Of a stretch of DNA of 64,000 nucleotides, positions 52,905 to 64,000 are shown in pieces; positions within the stretch are counted from its first letter, which is position 1; the number at the start of each line of letters is the position of its first letter. Both the position numbers and the translations under genes were made by a program. Source of the stretch: Octopus sinensis (taxonomy: Eukaryota); contig NC_043014.1 of assembly GCF_006345805.1 (NCBI RefSeq), positions 186,001 to 250,000 on the forward strand, written 5' to 3'. Below the pieces are notes generated by a model. That model made no database searches. It was not told the DNA's origin and was given only the letters and a program-made list of their open reading frames with translations.

Positions 52905-54230
52905 ATATGTAAACTTGTCAATGCACTTGATTTTGTCTTGTCCAAGACTGACAAGTTCTGCTTGGGTACCACCATTTGACATGGCTTTGGTCTTTTCAGC
53001 ATTAATCTGCGATCCTGCTTTCACCTCTTAACTGTAAAGGCCATCTGTCATGGCCTGTAGTGTTTCTCTATTGGAGCTTAATAAGGACAAGTCATCTACA
53101 AAATCAAAGCCCATCTGTCTTTTCACTCCCCATGATATTCTAAAACTATCCATTGCTTCGCATCAGGAACAGAAATGGTGACAAGATACAACCCTGTTTC
53201 ACTCCAGTAACAGTTTTGGATATATCTCTGCTTCTACTGCTCTTCTTCACACAAGACTGAGTTTTTATTCACAGACTTAAAGATGTTGATATATCTGCTT
53301 GGAACTCCTTAGATTCTCAGAATATTCCAGAGTGAATCTTGGTGAATTCTGTCAAATGCTTTCTTTAAAAAAAATGAAATCAATAAACAGCTGCAGTCTA
53401 TGTTTTCTACTTTGCTCAGTTATATTCCACAACATGAAAATCTGTCCCACACAAGACCTGCCACTCCAAAATCCTGTCTGCTTCTCTCTCAACACAGTTT
53501 CAATCTCCTTCTTTAATCTATTCAGCAGGACACAGCTGTAATGCCATGCCAGCTGTTACAGTTCACCAGATTATCTTTTGGGGGTAATGGAACCATCATT
53601 CCATGCTTTCGATCATCTTGTAGGTCCTCCTGCATCTAAACAAGGCTAAACAGAACGTTGATAAGGTTGCCTGTCTTGGAAGCTATAGTTTCAAGTAGTA
53701 TGATGCAAAAGTCAGTGATAACCAGGATAGGTGAAACAACATCAGTATTCCAATACCTTCGTCCAATATGGAGATCAAAAACCATCAGTAAGAAGATAAA
53801 ACTTCAGCTGTACTCAGCTCTTGTTATACCAACAGGCATCTACTCCTGTGAAACCTGGAAGAAGACAGCAAAGGTCTCTCAATTGCTGGACATGTTCCCT
53901 CAATGCTGTCTACATTCAATGCTGGGTATTGCTTAGGAGGAAAGAGTGAGAAACAAAGAGGTGATGAGACGAGCCTGGGAAGTTTGCAGGAAATGGTGAT
54001 TAAGAGGCAGATAGAGTTTACTGGCAGGAGAGACAGGTTACCATTGTGATGGAGTGGATGCCAGAGACTGAAGGGAAGACCAAGGAAGATGTATGTTTCA
54101 GGAAAACATGAAAGCAAAAGGATCTGGCCCAAGTGGAGTCAGGAAGAAGGCAAGCAATCAGGATGTCTGGAGATTCAGAGAAGGCTCGTTACCTGTTGTG
54201 CAGAAAACACTGGAGGATCTAAGAGCTAAG
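52905..54230. mobile_element. RTE-clade LINE in two oppositely oriented pieces (52905-53625 minus, 53630-54230 plus)
   Basis: The minus piece runs from the RT N-part to CIDKFTY. The plus piece begins DKVACLGS...RIGETTSVFQYLRPIWRSK...IYSCETW and runs to the 3' end. Confidence 0.75.
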
Positions 54231-54231
54231 A

Positions 54232-54271
<40 letters not shown>

Positions 54272-54469
54272 TAAAGCATATATTATATTTAATATTCCAA
54301 AGGTCTTCGGAAAGAAGTTGTCAGCTAAATTCTGTATAGAAAGAGCTTTACTTGTTCTTCTCAAATCTGTTCTGCAGAAAGTTCTGAAAGCCTGTAAAGA
54401 TTATCTGTCCAAGACTATAATAAGTTCCATTTTCTAGTTGAAACTAAAATGAAATTGTTTGAGAGGAAA

Positions 54470-54776
54470 TCTTTATATATAAAATTGAAGTTGTGTGTGT
54501 GAGACTCTGTCTCCTCCGATTTAGATTCCTAACTACTCCCACATTTTGCGGTGCCGTTTAACCAAAAGTGGGTATCTTATAGTCGTCATTCATATCGAGC
54601 CCTTCTGGGTATTAGCGCGCGTCTACGATGAGTCTACGGTTTCAAAAAAAATTTACCATCATTTTTCCGCATTTTTAATGATTTTTGCTCGGATTATATA
54701 AGGGAAGTAACTCTCTAAAAATGCTTATATAGTTATTTCCCTTACAAACCCGAGCAACGCCAGGTGATACAGCTAG
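54470..54776 (+). mobile_element. Non-autonomous Helitron-like element
   Basis: A|TCtttatatataaaa start, subterminal hairpin cccgagcaacgccagg, end CTAG|T, no TSD, CpG-rich relative to its flanks. Confidence 0.75.
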
Positions 54777-56104
54777 TATTTACTAAGTTAATTCAGTTGA
54801 AAATTACAATAGTTTTGGTTCTAAAATCATTCTTTAAATTTCATCTCAAAAATGTAAAGAGCATCACCATGAACAGTACCATTGTTAAGTGTTCTTCACC
54901 AGTGTGATGCTATTCTGATAAACAAAAGTATTTGGTAAGGAGTAATTCCTAAAATGTTGATTGCAATAAATGGAAATATTTGTTTTAGGTTTTCACATAG
55001 AAGACTTTTCTAAATCAGTTGGATGTTAAAAATGTCTTTTTAATAAACTTTTTTTTACTATATTTAATAAAAATTACAAGAAAATGATGAAACAAAAAAT
55101 ATATAACAATAAAATAAAATGTTGGTAAAAAATAGAAAATATTTCTTCAGAAGAATATTTAAAACATCAAACAATTTAGCTTTAAGATGGAATTTATTTT
55201 AAATGGAATCATTTGTAAGAATTTAAAGGTCAAAGAGATAAAAAAAAAATTTATTCCAGCTTGCTAATTAATTATTAGTTAGTTTTCGAGCCTGATATTG
55301 ACAAGAAGATTTTATAGCCATTTTTTTCATTAAATAGATGTCAGTGTTTTATGATTCTCTAAGAGACAGTTCTTTGAACAGTTATGTAGGTAAATGTTTG
55401 GACATTTGGTTTAGATTTCACCTATTTAGAGGTTAAATATCAATCAACATGATAGCAGTCAATATTCATTGACACAGCCACACATAAAGGATAAATACAC
55501 ATGGATATTGTCATTAGCTTGCCCTGTCTTTAAATTGATTTAAAAGGAGAATAATAGACAAAAATGGATAATTTTTGTGTATTTGCTCAGATTTAAGTAT
55601 TCCAATTGACTCATTCATATTTACTGGTTATTGATTTTGCAATCATAATTAAATGTAGAAAGAAGAGTTCAATTACTATAGCATCTTGTAGACAGATGTT
55701 TTCATGATCCTTAAAGGTTGCAGCCTGTTTAAGTTTGGGTATTTTGTCTTACAAGCTTCCAAAAAAGTCTTCAGGTTGTAATCTCCATAGGTAATGCAAA
55801 AATTTCCAAGGGTATACCTTATGTATAAATGCTATGATTTGGAACAGAATATCAAAATATTAAGAATTCAATACAAAACTTGCAGGATTATATCTTTTGA
55901 AAGTTTTCCTGAATTTATGATTTTAGTGCTTATTGATTGATTTCTTCTAAGATAAAATTCCCATGATCTCTTCCAGGCACAAATAGCAGATCTTTCCACT
56001 AGCATCATCCAGAAAAGCAGTCCATAATACAATCCAGGAGATGTTATATTCAATCTGTATGTGTGTATATGTTTGTGTGTTTATATATTATTATTATTTT
56101 TCAG

Positions 56105-56252
56105 CGTACGTCTCTGGCACAACAATCCACATTACCATTTAAAAGGGTTCCGGCTCTGACTGCTCCTCCTCCAAAACCCCCAAGAGCAGTTGGAGACAAA
56201 CGGTTGTTTGTGAAAATTATTAAAGCAACAAGTCTTGGAGGAAGAGATGTTG
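56105..56252 (+). CDS. C2CD2L: C2CD2L-family exon (linker plus C2 beta1): RTSLAQQSTLPFKRVPALTAPPPKPPRAVGDKRLFVKIIKATSLGGRDV
   Basis: Acceptor ttattttcag, donor G/gtaagt, 148 nt, phase 0-1. RLFVKIIKA is the start of the C2 domain. Confidence 0.92.
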
Positions 56253-56689
56253 GTAAGTAAATCAGTCTAAAATATGATGGGGGAGGGGTGTGGTTGGGTG
56301 GCAGTGGCATATAAACTAGATGCAAACCACCACATCTCCATGCAATGTCATTTCAAGTGATTCTACCAATTTAACACTGATTGATGTTTTCTTGGCTAGA
56401 TTTGATCTCAAAAACATAACAAATAACCACTTTTAATTCGTTAATTCTATCAGCTCTGCCTCCCTTATTATCATTGATGACAATGGCAGTGATTCGTCAT
56501 CATGATAACAACAATGATGTTGATGACAGGCAAAGGAAGTGACTGATTAAATTGAACCCAGCAGTTTTATTGACTCTTGATGTATAGAAGCTAAAGTCTA
56601 CCTTGACTGGATGTATAATTTCGTACAACTAGAACGCACACTGCCAAAAGTTTACCATAGAAAATCTATGAACATCATTAAAACATTGT

Positions 56690-57290
56690 TAACAAGAGAT
56701 TTTTGTGGCACTTGTCTAAGCATTTTGTCCATCATTATGTTCTGAGTTCAACTGCTGCTTAGTTGAATTTTTCCTTTCATCCTTTCCAGGTCAACGAAAT
56801 AAGTACCCCTTTATCACCCAAATTTCAGACTTTATGCCTATAATAGAAAGGAGTGTTGTTGTTGTTGTTAAGGCAGCAAGCTGGCAGAATGCTTAGCAGC
56901 ATTTCTCTTGACTTATTATACTCTGGCTTTAAGTTGCACTGAGGTTGGATTTGTCTTTCATGATTTTGAGGTCAGTAAAACAAGTACCAGTTGAGCACTT
57001 GGGGTTGATGTAATTGATTTACCCCAACCCCTAAAATTGCTGGCCTTGTGCCAAAATATGAAACCGTTATCATTATTATTAAGGCTGTGAACTAGCAGCA
57101 TCAGCAGACAAAATGCTTGCAACTTATTACAAACTAAGTTCAAATGCTACCAAGGTTGACTTTGCCGTTCATTCTTTCCAGGTTGATAAAATAAGTACCA
57201 GCTCTGCATTGGGGTTGATGGTATTGATTAGCCTGCTCTCCCAAAATGTCAAGACTTGTTTCTATGGAAGAAAGGATTATTATTTGCTCA
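56690..57290 (+). mobile_element. Head-to-tail array of three family-C SINEs
   Basis: Units ending ggccttgtgccaaaa...gaaacc(att)n and restarting aaggc..gagct. Confidence 0.75.
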
Positions 57291-57323
57291 TGATGAATGT
57301 GTTTTGTTTTTTTTTAATTTCAG

Positions 57324-57432
57324 GAACAGGTGACCCATTCTGTGTGATTATAATGGATAGCCCCTACCAAAAATATGAGACCACAGTCGTCAGAAATACT
57401 GTCAGTCCATTTTGGGACGAACACTTCCTCTT
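57324..57432 (+). CDS. C2CD2L: C2CD2L-family exon (C2): GTGDPFCVIIMDSPYQKYETTVVRNTVSPFWDEHFLL
   Basis: Acceptor ttttaatttcag, donor gtgagt, 109 nt, phase 1-2. DPFC...PFWDEHF is the C21orf25-like C2 signature. Confidence 0.95.
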
Positions 57433-57549
57433 GTGAGTTCTTTTAAATGGTTTTTAATGTAGCACCACATTGGTTCGTGATTGCTCTTCTACTGATGTTA
57501 GTCCAAACTAACACCAACATTTATAACCAAGGATATATCTATATTATAC

Positions 57550-58580
57550 CCTCAAGGGACACTGGGAGGGGTAAGAATAAGTGGGGCGGATGCAGAAGTT
57601 TGGACTGAGTGGGTAGGCAGGGTAGAGGTGGCTGAGGCAAATGATGGAGTGAAATATAGTCTCAGGGACAGAAGTTGTGGTAGATATGGGAGGGTATTGA
57701 GGATGATAACAGATAAGAGAGGTGTTAAGTGATGGAGAACAACAGAGGGGAGAGAATGCACGGGAAAGTGGTGGTTAGTGGAGACGGTATGTGAGGGAAG
57801 ATGTAGATGTTTTCGATCTTGTTTGGATTCTTTGCAATCAAATTTGAATTTTTCAATTGGTGCTCAAGCTGTGAAAAAAAAAAGAGTTAAACTATATCAG
57901 CTGTAAGGGAATACATGTCTATCTTATGTAACTGGTTTAGTAGAGCCCACCAATCGATATCTGAAAAGTTCGATGAAATAACTCATGAACACTTCTACCA
58001 AAAGATGCTCCATTACGACGACTGGCCTGAACAAGGGGAGATAATAAACGAATGATTCTTTTTCAATTATCTCCCCTTGTTCAGACCGTAGACGTAATGG
58101 AGCATCTTTTGGTAGAAGTGTTCATGAGTTATTTCATCGGACTTTTCAGATATCAGTTGGTCGGCTCTACTGGACCAGTTAGATAAGATAGACATGTATT
58201 CCCTTACAGCTGATATAGTTTAACTCTTGAGCACCAACTGAAAAATTCAAATTTGATGGCAAAGAATTCAAATTAGATCGAAAATATCAATAAGTGATTC
58301 AGGTGTGGGAAGGAGGTAACTAAGAAGGCCGAGGGATGTGGTATGCACCTATTTTGCTCTCAGGTGATAGAGAGGTTTCAGGTGTTAGGGGATGAAAGGT
58401 GGAGGTAGATGTTTGTCAGGGCAGAGAGGACGCTGGTGGGTGTGAGGCTGAGCCCCCTCACAGACAAGTATTAACCAAGATGCTGTAGGATATCAATTCT
58501 ACTGTGGTGAATGGGTCTTTCTGGGTACAGCTAGGCACCAGATTTCATGGTCCTTTGTCATCTACTTCATAATGCTTAGC
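57550..58580 (-). mobile_element. Second copy of the 9530-10310 retroelement family, split by the foldback
   Basis: Direct alignment with 9830-10300. Confidence 0.65.
57806..58288. mobile_element. Foldback element (~230-bp arms, 20-bp spacer) nested in a retroelement fragment
   Basis: Arms 57806-58045 and 58066-58288 are reverse complements. The flanks join into the sequence seen uninterrupted at 9950-10090. Confidence 0.85.
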
Positions 58581-59961
58581 TTCGTATATTTCATCATCAT
58601 CATCATTTAATGTCTGTTTTACCATGCTGGCATGGGTTGGACGGTTTGACAGGAGCTGGCCAGGCAGAAGTCTGCACTTGGCTTCAGTGTGTTTTGGTAT
58701 GGTTTTTATGACTGGATTCCCTTCTTAACACCAACCACTGGACTGAGTGCTTTTTACGTGGCACCAGCGCAGGCAAGGTCAGTTTTGGCATGGTTTTTAC
58801 AGCTGGATGTCCTTCGTAATACCAACCAAGTGACAAGTTACCATTCTAAAGTATGAAAACCACTCATAAACTGGTGTTCTAAGCTGGTTGAAGCATGACA
58901 ACTGTTTCAGCAGCCATTTTCCCCAGCAGAAAACAGAATTTCATGGAAACATGCTGTTCCTTCATTTCAGCCATCACAAAAATCAACGAACAGGAAAGAA
59001 ACAAAGACACACCACTTGGCAGTATGACTTTACTCAACAACACCGGCTGGCACACTGATGCCTGAGGGATGCATCAAGTGGCTTCTAGAAGCAGAAGCTT
59101 GAACTACAACAGGCTTGTCCCACAGAGAATGTTTCCAGTTATTTTTGTGTACCCCCTTGAATATATATACGAGACAGTCACAGAAATTATTGTAGGCTTC
59201 TTCCAGGCTGGCTCTTGTGAAACCGTCCCACCCATACCAGCATGGAAGGCAGATATTAAATGACGATGATGATATATGTAGTCCTACTGCATAGTACCTT
59301 GGGCAAGTGTCTCCTACTATAGCCTCGGGCTGACCAAAGCCTTGTGAGTGAATTTGGTAGACGGAAACTGAAAGAAGCCCATCGTATGTATATATATATA
59401 TATATTTATGCATATGTTTGTGTGTCTATGTCCCTCCACCATTGCTTGACAACCGATGTTGGTATCTTCACGTCCTTGTAACTTAGCAGTTTAGCAAAAG
59501 AGACCAATAAAATAAGTACTAGGCTTACAAAGAATAAGTCCTGGAGTCGATTTGTTTGACTAAGGGCAGTGCTCCAGCTTGGCTGCAGTCAATTGACTGA
59601 AACAAATAAAAGAATATGTATATCATCATCTACCTTCCATGCTGGCATGGGTGGAACGGTTTCACAAGAACTGGCCAGGCAGAAGCCTGCACCAGACTTC
59701 TGTCACGGTTTTATAGATATACAGCAAGGTGTAAATAATGGCCATTACATATTTTTCTTTATTTGGCCTACAGTAGTCATTATAGGTACATTACTCAATT
59801 GGTCTTTGAGTGTGTGCGTGCATGTGTGTGTGTGTGTGCATGTATGTATCTATGTGCATATATATGTATATGTGTTTATTGGTGTGTATGTATCTCTGGG
59901 TCTATGTTTGTATGCTGAATAAATTGTTCTCTATATTCTTGTTGTTGTTTTTTTTCCTCAG

Positions 59962-60026
59962 GGATGTTTCTCCAGCATCAACCCTTCTTCGTTTCGAGTT
60001 GTATGACAAAGGAAAGTCCCCAGCTG
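59962..60026 (+). CDS. C2CD2L: C2CD2L-family exon (C2): DVSPASTLLRFELYDKGKSPA
   Basis: Acceptor tttttcctcag, donor gtaagt, 65 nt, phase 2-1. Confidence 0.93.
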
Positions 60027-61659
60027 GTAAGTTCATGCAAACCTTACACCCACCACTACCATCTGTTTAGAAAGAAACACTTACTAGCTAAGTAATCATG
60101 GTAGACTTAGACACTCTAATTTCTCATAAATTCAATCCCAATCCATTTGAAATATCATCAAACGCCTCAGTTTACCTTCCAGGTTTCCCCTGCTTCTTAC
60201 AGAAATATTTCATTAGATCTCTCTCATTAAACTAATATTTGATTAACCAGTGATAAACGTTAGCAGCTGAAATAAAGCTTATCTCTAAGAAGGGGGCAAT
60301 ATATGTATAGGGGACTCTACAAGTCTACTTCCTTAAGCCCCTTTTACTGCCTGTGGAGCAAAGGCCATCAACATCTTTTCTTCTGTTGTTGACTCTGGTC
60401 TGTCTTTAAATGAGGGAAAGGTTCACTCTTCCAGGTTTTGTTCGTTTTGAATTGTCATCAATGCTTCTGTAACTTTGCTTTTTTCTAGGTACAAGTGTTG
60501 GCTCTATGTGAACCCCTTTTGACCTCTAAGAATAGTGGCTCATATTAGTCTGGTTCTATCTTTTGACCTCCTAGGAGCTTTCACTCTGCTGACATACTTC
60601 CCAGAATCATTGAAGCAGACAAACCAACACACAGTGGCAAGTCTGGAGCTTGTGGTAGTCTACAAATACAGGAAACAGCATAGACATAGGGAGCCACATA
60701 AGTAAAGGGAGCTATATAATAATGGAAAATTATACAAATATAAGGAACTGTTTCAAAAATTGTATTTTATTAGTGTTCTACTCACCCAAATTACGAATTA
60801 ATCATTTATTCATAAAATGTATTTGCTATTTCCAGAAACTTCCATGACAACCAATTTATATTCCTTTGTCGCTCTGCTTCTTCAGATTCTAACTTTTTCT
60901 TACTCTGTTGCTACTTCCTCAATAATATGGTCATGAACCATCTGTCATAGACATTGGTGAATATTTCCTGAAATATATTCCTCCTTGCAACCATTTCTTC
61001 TAGTTCCTTTATTCTGCAAATCCACTGGTCTTACCCAACATCTTTCCCAACATCATAGGGGATGCTTGCAATTTTGATTCCTTCATTTTTACCAAAAAAT
61101 ATGAAATGAGTAATTAATAGAGACAGAAACTTTATTAATACCAAAAAATGATTTTGTCTCCAACTTAAGACAGAGGTTGTGTTAGAACACAAAATACTGC
61201 AGTATTTGCCTTGAGAGGATTAACACAACCTGCATGTTAAGTTGTGGATTAAGATTACCTTTTGGTTTTAATATTGCTTCTGTTTCTATTAATTATTTTT
61301 TAATAAGCCCACTGACTATTTGAGACACCAGAGCCTGGGCAGACACTGATATTCTATCGATTGTTGATGGGAGATTCAGCTGTTATGCCACTACTGGACA
61401 TCTGTCACTGAGAAACCCACAGCTGGGTGAAGTCATGGCGTCTGGCAGTTCTGGTGGTCATAACAGATGGTTCTTTTTGTTGATGATATAAATACAATTG
61501 CTTTTATACACCACAAGTTCTTATGAGAGATCTTCTCAAACTAAATAAAAGCAGTTTTCTGTGTTCTAAGAGAACCCCACATTAAGCTGGAGATGAAGAT
61601 CATCTTTTATCAAAGAGGGTTTTAAATAATTTTGAACCAGGATGAAATAATAGACATGA

Positions 61660-61679
61660 TGGTGGTGGTGGCGATGACA

Positions 61680-61710
<31 letters not shown>

Positions 61711-61713
61711 CGA

Positions 61714-61761
<48 letters not shown>

Positions 61762-61790
61762 CGCCGCCGCTGCTGCTGCTGCTGCTGACA
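61660..61790. repeat. Compound trinucleotide tract (GAT)n(GAC)n(GCC)n(GCT)n
   Basis: Read directly from the sequence; intronic. Confidence 0.95.
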
Positions 61791-62514
61791 ACACCTTCAA
61801 GATAGTGATGGCTGCAACAGTACTAGTGTTGGTGCTGTTGTTGTTGAATGTTTTGTTATGCTTTACAGTTATGACTATTTTAGTTGAATTATGGACTAAA
61901 TGATGAAACATTTTTATTTATAAATCCTCATGTGACCATCTCATTCATATTATAAAACCATTTTAAAGATGGTGGATTCACAGAACCATATGAGTTCCCA
62001 CAAAATGTTTTATGATATTTAGTGTGAGTCCTTTAAAAACCCACCTTCACTGGAAGGGTGATATTTTGTCTTTTGCTCCTTTCCTGAAGTACTGGTCTCT
62101 GCCAGACATCTTCAAACCAAAGAGTGCAGCTAGAAATTTCAAACCAATCTTATTAATACCACTGAAAATTTTAAATATGAGACTCTAAACTCCAAGAGTT
62201 CTGTGTTCTTGTCAGGAGCAACTATTCCTGGTATTATTAGCATTTGAAGACACAGTGATGAAGCAATTTCAGACAAATTCTATAATTAGTGGCACATCTG
62301 ATATCATGTCTGATGAGAAAAAAATGACAAAAAAAAATTTTTTGAAATAATAAGTTTATGGCAACAGTTTCTGTTGAATGGAATTTTTGAAAAGATCCTT
62401 AAGAAACTACTCTTCATTGTTTAATGTCATTTAGTCTTAATGACTGAGATGATCACTTCTAGTTTCACTTTCTTGCATTAATTTTGCTCAACAAATTTTT
62501 TCTGTTAATTGAAG

Positions 62515-62642
62515 ATGAATTCCTTGGAGATGCAACAATCTACATTGAAGATGTCCGGAAAACTCCAAGCAGTCGACAGATTATTCCCTTACAGAGTCCT
62601 TCTGGCAGTATGGAATACCAAGTCGGCTCTTTAACAGTAGAG
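62515..62642 (+). CDS. C2CD2L: C2CD2L-family exon (C2): DEFLGDATIYIEDVRKTPSSRQIIPLQSPSGSMEYQVGSLTVE
   Basis: Acceptor ttaattgaag, donor GAG/gtaagt, 128 nt, phase 1-0. FLG..., PSSRQIIPLQ and GSLTVE match the C21orf25-like C2 family. Confidence 0.94.
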
Positions 62643-63313
62643 GTAAGTATAGTAACATCTTTATTCTAATTACATTGAGTAACTGTATGAGATGGGAAGT
62701 TCCAACAATAACCTGCCTCAGGAAGGAAGCTTACGATAGGTTATTGAGATGAATGATAAGGGTGGCTTACGTTGGGGCCTCATGAATATTTTCAGTTTAA
62801 TGGTAAGCTTTATTTAGGACATAATCAAGTGATACACACTTCATAATTGTCTTTGGTTATTGTGACAATAAGAGGAGTATCGAAATTTAGGGCTCAGTTA
62901 TTATGACAATAACAGGAGTACAAAGATATGGAAGATGGTTGGGATGACAGTAACATCTCACTCCACCTAACTGTAAACAGGTACCACATTGCAGCTCAGT
63001 CCATCTAACTGTATACAGCTACCACATCACAAGTACTACAAGATGAAACACTATGACAAGCTGCAGGAACAGAGGAAAGTTGATATGTCTATTGGACTGC
63101 TGTATGATGCTCAACCAATCAATATGGCTAGGGCAGGGAGTGGAGAACCTTATTTGTCTGGTTTCATTGTAATATGCCGCATAAATACATTGAAGTGATG
63201 CATCATGGGGTCTAATATGACACTGAATATGGTGGCTAATTTAAATACAGTTTCAACAAAAACTGAAGATGGGAATTTGAGTTTGTTCAGGTTTCATTTT
63301 ATTTAACTTTCAG

Positions 63314-63512
63314 TTCCTTCTCATGGAACCCTTTGAAGTAGAACAATACATGGACTCTGCTCTAGGACCAAAGAATCTCAGAAACAACCAGACCTCTCCA
63401 CGCCGCCGAGTTGAAGTGTCACGCACCATAACACCTGGTGGGACGGTAGTTACCACAACTACCACCACTACCCAGCGGCCACAGTACGGCACCCTTCTTC
63501 CCGGCAATCAGA
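63314..63512 (+). CDS. C2CD2L: C2CD2L-family exon (end of C2 plus Thr-rich tail): FLLMEPFEVEQYMDSALGPKNLRNNQTSPRRRVEVSRTITPGGTVVTTTTTTTQRPQYGTLLPGNQ
   Basis: Acceptor taactttcag, donor gtaagt, 199 nt, phase 0-1. It completes the C2 terminal motif TVE|FLLME. Confidence 0.92.
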
Positions 63513-64000
63513 GTAAGTGCGATATTTCCAAACAAGATCTAACCATTTTGTTCTTTGTTTTAATGTTTAAACTGCTAGTAGTCAGCATGGTGTGAGTAAA
63601 ATTCCACTCCATCAATTGAGTCTGAGAGTTTGTCAAGAATATTTTCCCATCTGTGAATTTATAGCCAATTTTAGTCAAAGTAACAATTTATTGGCTCACC
63701 TCTAATTGGCAATTTGTCCTTTGTCTCAGAAAACTGTGAAAGCTTGAATATGTTATGACAATATTTCTTCATTGAAATATCCATTTTATGGTAAACAGAG
63801 CAGGAGAAGGTATCCCCCACTCTTGCTTAGATTATTCCAACCATTTTTATTGATATTCCATTGATACTTTTTGGAGAAAACAATGGAATATTTTTATTTT
63901 TCCTTTCCATTAAGTTTATTTCTATATTTTGATTGCTAATAATAATTTACTTATCTATTGTTAATACTTTACAATTAACAATCTAATTGTTTTTGATACC

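Noticed and set aside
61600-61911. ORFs with poly-S/A, poly-I (22854), poly-H (3150), VCVC and HTHT runs
   Set aside because: They are translations of microsatellites, with no splice or homology support.

Overview
AT-rich, repeat-dense eukaryotic DNA. The SINE, R4/Dong, Penelope and microsatellite content fits a coleoid cephalopod, probably Octopus (inferred from repeat style, not from a search). The only protein-coding gene I can support is a plus-strand, spliced C2CD2/C2CD2L (TMEM24)-family ER-plasma-membrane lipid-transfer gene. Nine coding exons (18982-63512) join with matching splice phases and encode most of the SMP domain, a linker, the C21orf25-type C2 domain and the start of the C-terminal tail. 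The N-terminal transmembrane exon was not found, and the 3' end lies beyond the window. Almost everything else is intronic or upstream repeat: a hAT transposon with an 8-bp TSD, Tc1/mariner remnants and MITEs, a Helitron-like element, R4/Dong, RTE, Tx1 and Penelope-like retroelements, three SINE families and many microsatellites. There are no rRNA, true tRNA or CRISPR features. Most interesting are: a hammerhead ribozyme with an intact core on the pre-mRNA strand in a Penelope inverted pLTR; a tRNA-headed SINE-like element carrying a decayed hammerhead; five long intronic inverted repeats that are candidate ADAR substrates; two in-frame alternative donors in exon 4; and a probable twin-primed RTE. 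None of this establishes a wholly new system from sequence alone.
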